In this document: piece after piece, positions 60,561-64,000 of the stretch
How the letters are laid out: each line of letters begins with the position of its first letter
Position numbering within the stretch: the first letter of the stretch is position 1
The notes under the pieces: generated by a model
Told to the model about the DNA's origin: nothing
Seen by the model: only the letters and a program-made list of their open reading frames with translations
The model's database searches: none
Translations under genes and position numbers: made by a program
Source: a virus
Taxonomy: Duplodnaviria; Caudoviricetes
IMG/VR virus record: IMGVR_UViG_3300019371_000265
Location: 62,320-126,319 of that record
Length of the DNA stretch: 64,000 bases
Reading direction: 5' to 3' (one strand)

Positions 60561-61445
60561 AGCAAGAATTTTTTCTGCCGTCCACCCTTCCTCACTTTTA
60601 CATTTTGCACCGTACTGGCTAAAGCCATATCCATGTCCGATCCCCCGGCATACCGCTCTCACACTGCCCTCATAATCTTCAAATTCAAAGGAAGGAGACG
60701 GAAGGGAAAGTGCATACTGGACCTGATCTCCTGTGAGGGTATGGGTACCGATCTGGATCTGTACCACGTAACCGGAATCATCCCGCTGAACAATCTGAAT
60801 GCTTTGGGGGATCTGATCTGCTTTTACAGAACCATCTCCTGAGATCTTGTTGATTTTTTTCGCAAAGTCTTCTTTGCTGAACTGAAGAATTGTTAAAAAA
60901 CCCTCTGCCTCCACATCCTTTTTGCATTCCACCGGCTGTATGTATGGGTGGTTTGAATCTCCCGCTCTTGTCATTCCGTTGCTGGCACGATGAAACAACG
61001 GTTCAATTAAATTATCGTTACAGGTGATCACCGTACCTGTGGTAGAGCGTACCGCATCTTCAATTGCCTGATAGCTGGTGACAAAAGCCTCGCTTCCCCA
61101 CATCTTCTCCATCTGCTTCAGCTCTAAATAATCCATATGGAGATCCGATTCTTTTACTTCCTTTTGTCCGTTCATTTTACCATAAATATAGGTCCGGGCG
61201 ATGATTGCCTGGGCTCGGAGTGCTTCTTTCCCGTAATCTGCCGGCATCTGCTTTGCTACCACTCCTGGAAGATATTCCTCCACATCCATGGAGGTTTCAC
61301 CGCCTTTTCTGTCTAAGATCACACGTTTTCCACTGAGTGTAATGGGCATTTCTTTTTTCTCCTCAATTTTCCCGGTCCACGCCAGAGTTATAATATATGG
61401 AAACAAAAATGCCAGTATACATGCCATTAAAATCTTCTTACCCAT
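60525..61445 (-). CDS. spoIID: SpoIID/LytB-domain protein (host)
   Basis: EEYLPGVVAKQM, EALRAQAIIARTY, GIGHGYGFSQYGA, ILAYFY. Confidence 0.85.
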   Translation of the reverse strand: MGKKILMACILAFLFPYIITLAWTGKIEEKKEMPITLSGKRVILDRKGGETSMDVEEYLPGVVAKQMPADYGKEALRAQAIIARTYIYGKMNGQKEVKESDLHMDYLELKQMEKMWGSEAFVTSYQAIEDAVRSTTGTVITCNDNLIEPLFHRASNGMTRAGDSNHPYIQPVECKKDVEAEGFLTILQFSKEDFAKKINKISGDGSVKADQIPQSIQIVQRDDSGYVVQIQIGTHTLTGDQVQYALSLPSPSFEFEDYEGSVRAVCRGIGHGYGFSQYGAKCKSEEGWTAEKILAYFYKNIVLKSE

Positions 61446-61491
61446 GTTCCCGCCGCCTTTCTTTCAGTCTGAACCCTTGTTCAATATATGC

Positions 61492-61529
61492 GAAAAAGCG
61501 CCCCGGAATCACTTCCGGAACGCTTTTTC
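61492..61529. terminator. Terminator after glgP
   Basis: GAAAAAGCG..CCGGAA/TTCCGG..CGCTTTTTC. Confidence 0.7.
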
Positions 61530-61546
61530 AGAAACCTTCATATGGA

Positions 61547-64000
61547 TCAGAGTTCCACATTTACCTTTTCCAAATGCCAGATGTCTCTGACATATTCAAG
61601 AATAGTACGGTCTGATGTAAATTTACCGCTGTTTGCTACATTTAAAATGGCAGCTTTTGCCCACCAGGATTCATCTGCGTATGCCTGATCGATGCGTTTT
61701 TGTGCCTCCCCATAAGAAGGAAGATCCTTTAAAATAAAGTACGTATCGGCACGGTCACTGCTCATGGTGTTAAGCAGGGAATTATAAATATCACGGAACA
61801 GCTCCGGATCCTGTGGGGAATAATAGCCGTTAATCAGCTGCATCAAAACTCTGCGGATCTCATAATTATTGTTGAAAATCTCCATGGGATCGTATCCACC
61901 TTCCCGCTCATAACGGATCACCTCATCGGATGTCAGACCGAAAATAAATGCATTCTCCGCTCCCACTTCCTCTACGATCTCCACATTGGCACCATCCAGG
62001 GTTCCAAGGGTCAGGGCACCGTTTAACATAAATTTCATATTGCCAGTCCCGGAGGCTTCTTTGCTGGCAGTTGATATCTGTTCACTGACATCTGCCGCAG
62101 CGAATATGATTTCTGCATTAGAAACCTTGTAGTCTTCAATAAATACAACTTTTATTTTACCGCCGATGCTTCTGTCGTTGTTAATCACCTCTGCTACAGA
62201 ATTGATCAGCTTGATGGTAAGCTTCGCCCTGCGATAACCGGCAGCAGCTTTGGCTCCGAAAATAAAGGTCCGTGGAACCATATCCAGATTAGGATTATCC
62301 TTCAGCTGATTATACAGATACATCACATGAAGGATATTCATCAGCTGTCGTTTATACTCATGAAGACGTTTTACCTGCACATCAAATATGGATCTGGGAT
62401 CAACTTCTATGCCGTTATGTTCCTTAATATATCTTGCCAGCCGGACCTTGTTCTGATATTTAATATCCATAAATTCCTGCTGACATTTGGGGTCATCTGC
62501 GTAAACAGCCAGGCGGTGAATATGAGGCAGATTGGTGATCCATTCATTTCCGATTTTCTTCGTCACCCACTCAGACAAAAGAGGATTTCCATGTAAGAGA
62601 AAACGTCTCTGGGTAATACCATTGGTTTTATTATTAAATTTCTCCGGCATCATCTCATAGAAATCTTTCAGCTCCTGATTCTTTAAGATCTCCGTATGAA
62701 GTCTGGCTACACCGTTAACGGAAAAGCCTCCAACAATGGCAAGATTGGCCATTCGTACCTGACCGTCATAAACAATGGCCATTTTACGTACCTTATCCTG
62801 ATTTCCCGGATACATCTGGCTGATCTTTAGCTGAAAACGGCGGTTGATTTCTTCCACAATCTGATAAATTCTTGGAAGGAGTCTGGAAAACAGCTCAATG
62901 GGCCATTTTTCCAGAGCCTCTGACATAATGGTGTGGTTGGTATAAGCACAGGTCCTGGTAGTAATCTCCCATGCCTCATCCCAGCTTAATCCGTAGTCAT
63001 CAAGGAGAATCCGCATCAGCTCCGGTACAGCCACTGTCGGGTGGGTATCGTTTAACTGAAATACGTTCTTCTCATAGAATTTATGGATGTCATCATGGTT
63101 TTCCATATACTTTATGACTGCTCTCTGCACGCTGGCAGAGATAAAGAAGTACTGCTGCTTTAAGCGCAGCTCCTTGCCTGCATAGTGGTTGTCATTGGGA
63201 TAGAGGACTTCAACAATGGTTTTAGCCAGGTTCTCCTGCTCCACTGCCTTTTGGTAGTCCCCCTTGTCAAAAGAATCCAGGCTGAAGGTGTTAATGGCCT
63301 GGGCATCCCAGATACGCAGAGTATTTACTACGTTATTGCCATATCCTATGATGGGCATGTCGTAAGGAACCGCCAGGACGGACTGATAGCCCTCCTGAAC
63401 AAACCGCTCCTTACCATTCTCCCGTACCACCTTTACATATCCCCCGAATTTAACTTCAGTAGCATATTCTGCCCTGCGGATCTCAAAGGGATATCCGTTT
63501 TTCAGCCAGTCATCCGGGATTTCCACCTGGTAACCGTTCTCGATTTTCTGTTTGAACATGCCGAAACGATACCGGATTCCACAGCCGTAAGCCGGATATC
63601 CCAGTGTTGCCAGTGAATCAAGAAAGCATGCCGCAAGACGGCCAAGCCCTCCGTTTCCAAGAGCCGGATCCGGCTCCTGGTCTTCAATTGCATTTAAGTC
63701 AAACCCAAGTTCCTCTAACACTTCCTTTACATCAGGCTGTGCCATGAAACTTATGATGCTGTTGCCAAGAGCACGACCCATTAAAAACTCCATGGATAAG
63801 TAATACAGGGTTTTTACATCCTGCTTTTCGTACTCTTTGTGGGTTGCGATCCATTCATCTATGATCACATCTTTTACTGCATAGGCGACTGCCTGGTACA
63901 TCTGCTCTTTGGTTGCCTCATCTACTGTTTTACGAAACACGTTCTTCATATTAAACAAGACACTTTTTTTAAAGGTTTCCTTATCAAATCCCATGCTCAT
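61547..64000 (-). CDS. glgP: Glycogen/starch phosphorylase (host)
   Basis: LGNGGLGRLAACFLDS, QLNDTHP, KRLHEYKRQ, PLP site EASGTGNMKF. Confidence 0.97.
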   Translation of the reverse strand: MSMGFDKETFKKSVLFNMKNVFRKTVDEATKEQMYQAVAYAVKDVIIDEWIATHKEYEKQDVKTLYYLSMEFLMGRALGNSIISFMAQPDVKEVLEELGFDLNAIEDQEPDPALGNGGLGRLAACFLDSLATLGYPAYGCGIRYRFGMFKQKIENGYQVEIPDDWLKNGYPFEIRRAEYATEVKFGGYVKVVRENGKERFVQEGYQSVLAVPYDMPIIGYGNNVVNTLRIWDAQAINTFSLDSFDKGDYQKAVEQENLAKTIVEVLYPNDNHYAGKELRLKQQYFFISASVQRAVIKYMENHDDIHKFYEKNVFQLNDTHPTVAVPELMRILLDDYGLSWDEAWEITTRTCAYTNHTIMSEALEKWPIELFSRLLPRIYQIVEEINRRFQLKISQMYPGNQDKVRKMAIVYDGQVRMANLAIVGGFSVNGVARLHTEILKNQELKDFYEMMPEKFNNKTNGITQRRFLLHGNPLLSEWVTKKIGNEWITNLPHIHRLAVYADDPKCQQEFMDIKYQNKVRLARYIKEHNGIEVDPRSIFDVQVKRLHEYKRQLMNILHVMYLYNQLKDNPNLDMVPRTFIFGAKAAAGYRRAKLTIKLINSVAEVINNDRSIGGKIKVVFIEDYKVSNAEIIFAAADVSEQISTASKEASGTGNMKFMLNGALTLGTLDGANVEIVEEVGAENAFIFGLTSDEVIRYEREGGYDPMEIFNNNYEIRRVLMQLINGYYSPQDPELFRDIYNSLLNTMSSDRADTYFILKDLPSYGEAQKRIDQAYADESWWAKAAILNVANSGKFTSDRTILEYVRDIWHLEKVNVEL

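Noticed and set aside
1-64000. CRISPR array
   Set aside because: No regularly spaced 25-40 bp repeats seen; the 2440-2545 repeats are 9-mer DnaA boxes

Overview
Positions 1 to about 60,530 are the right-hand part of a large, AT-rich SPbeta/c-st-like siphovirus prophage. The host is inferred to be a spore-forming Clostridia member, probably Lachnospiraceae-like. Host DNA of visibly higher GC resumes at a SpoIID/LytB-family gene and glgP. Order: (1) leftward small early genes separated by structured RNA-like spacers; (2) an XRE switch with SOS-box-like sites; (3) a non-coding DnaA-box array with a strand-composition flip; (4) a Rep-like gene; (5) a YonO-type single-subunit RNA polymerase followed by a beta-CASP ribonuclease, ClpP-like protease, metallophosphoesterase, HU and tyrosine recombinase; (6) a membrane/XRE moron, tRNA-Pro(UGG) and an M15 endolysin; (7) terminase, portal, protease/scaffold, capsid, neck, tail tube, RecU, holins, fibre-like genes, tape measure, Dit and Tal; (8) morons, a repressor/antirepressor module, BppU, an SGNH-esterase receptor-binding protein and a convergent acyltransferase-3. 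The most striking features: the RNAP plus beta-CASP/ClpP/phosphoesterase module, whose genes appear to start at AUA/AUC/AUU/CUG codons that the ORF track missed or mis-started; the prophage DnaA-box array; the virion esterase paired with a lysogen acyltransferase whose Shine-Dalgarno is bridged by a hairpin; about 20 terminator-like hairpins inside the late region; and a tRNA-Pro with U1:A72. All calls come from reading motifs by eye; no searches were run.
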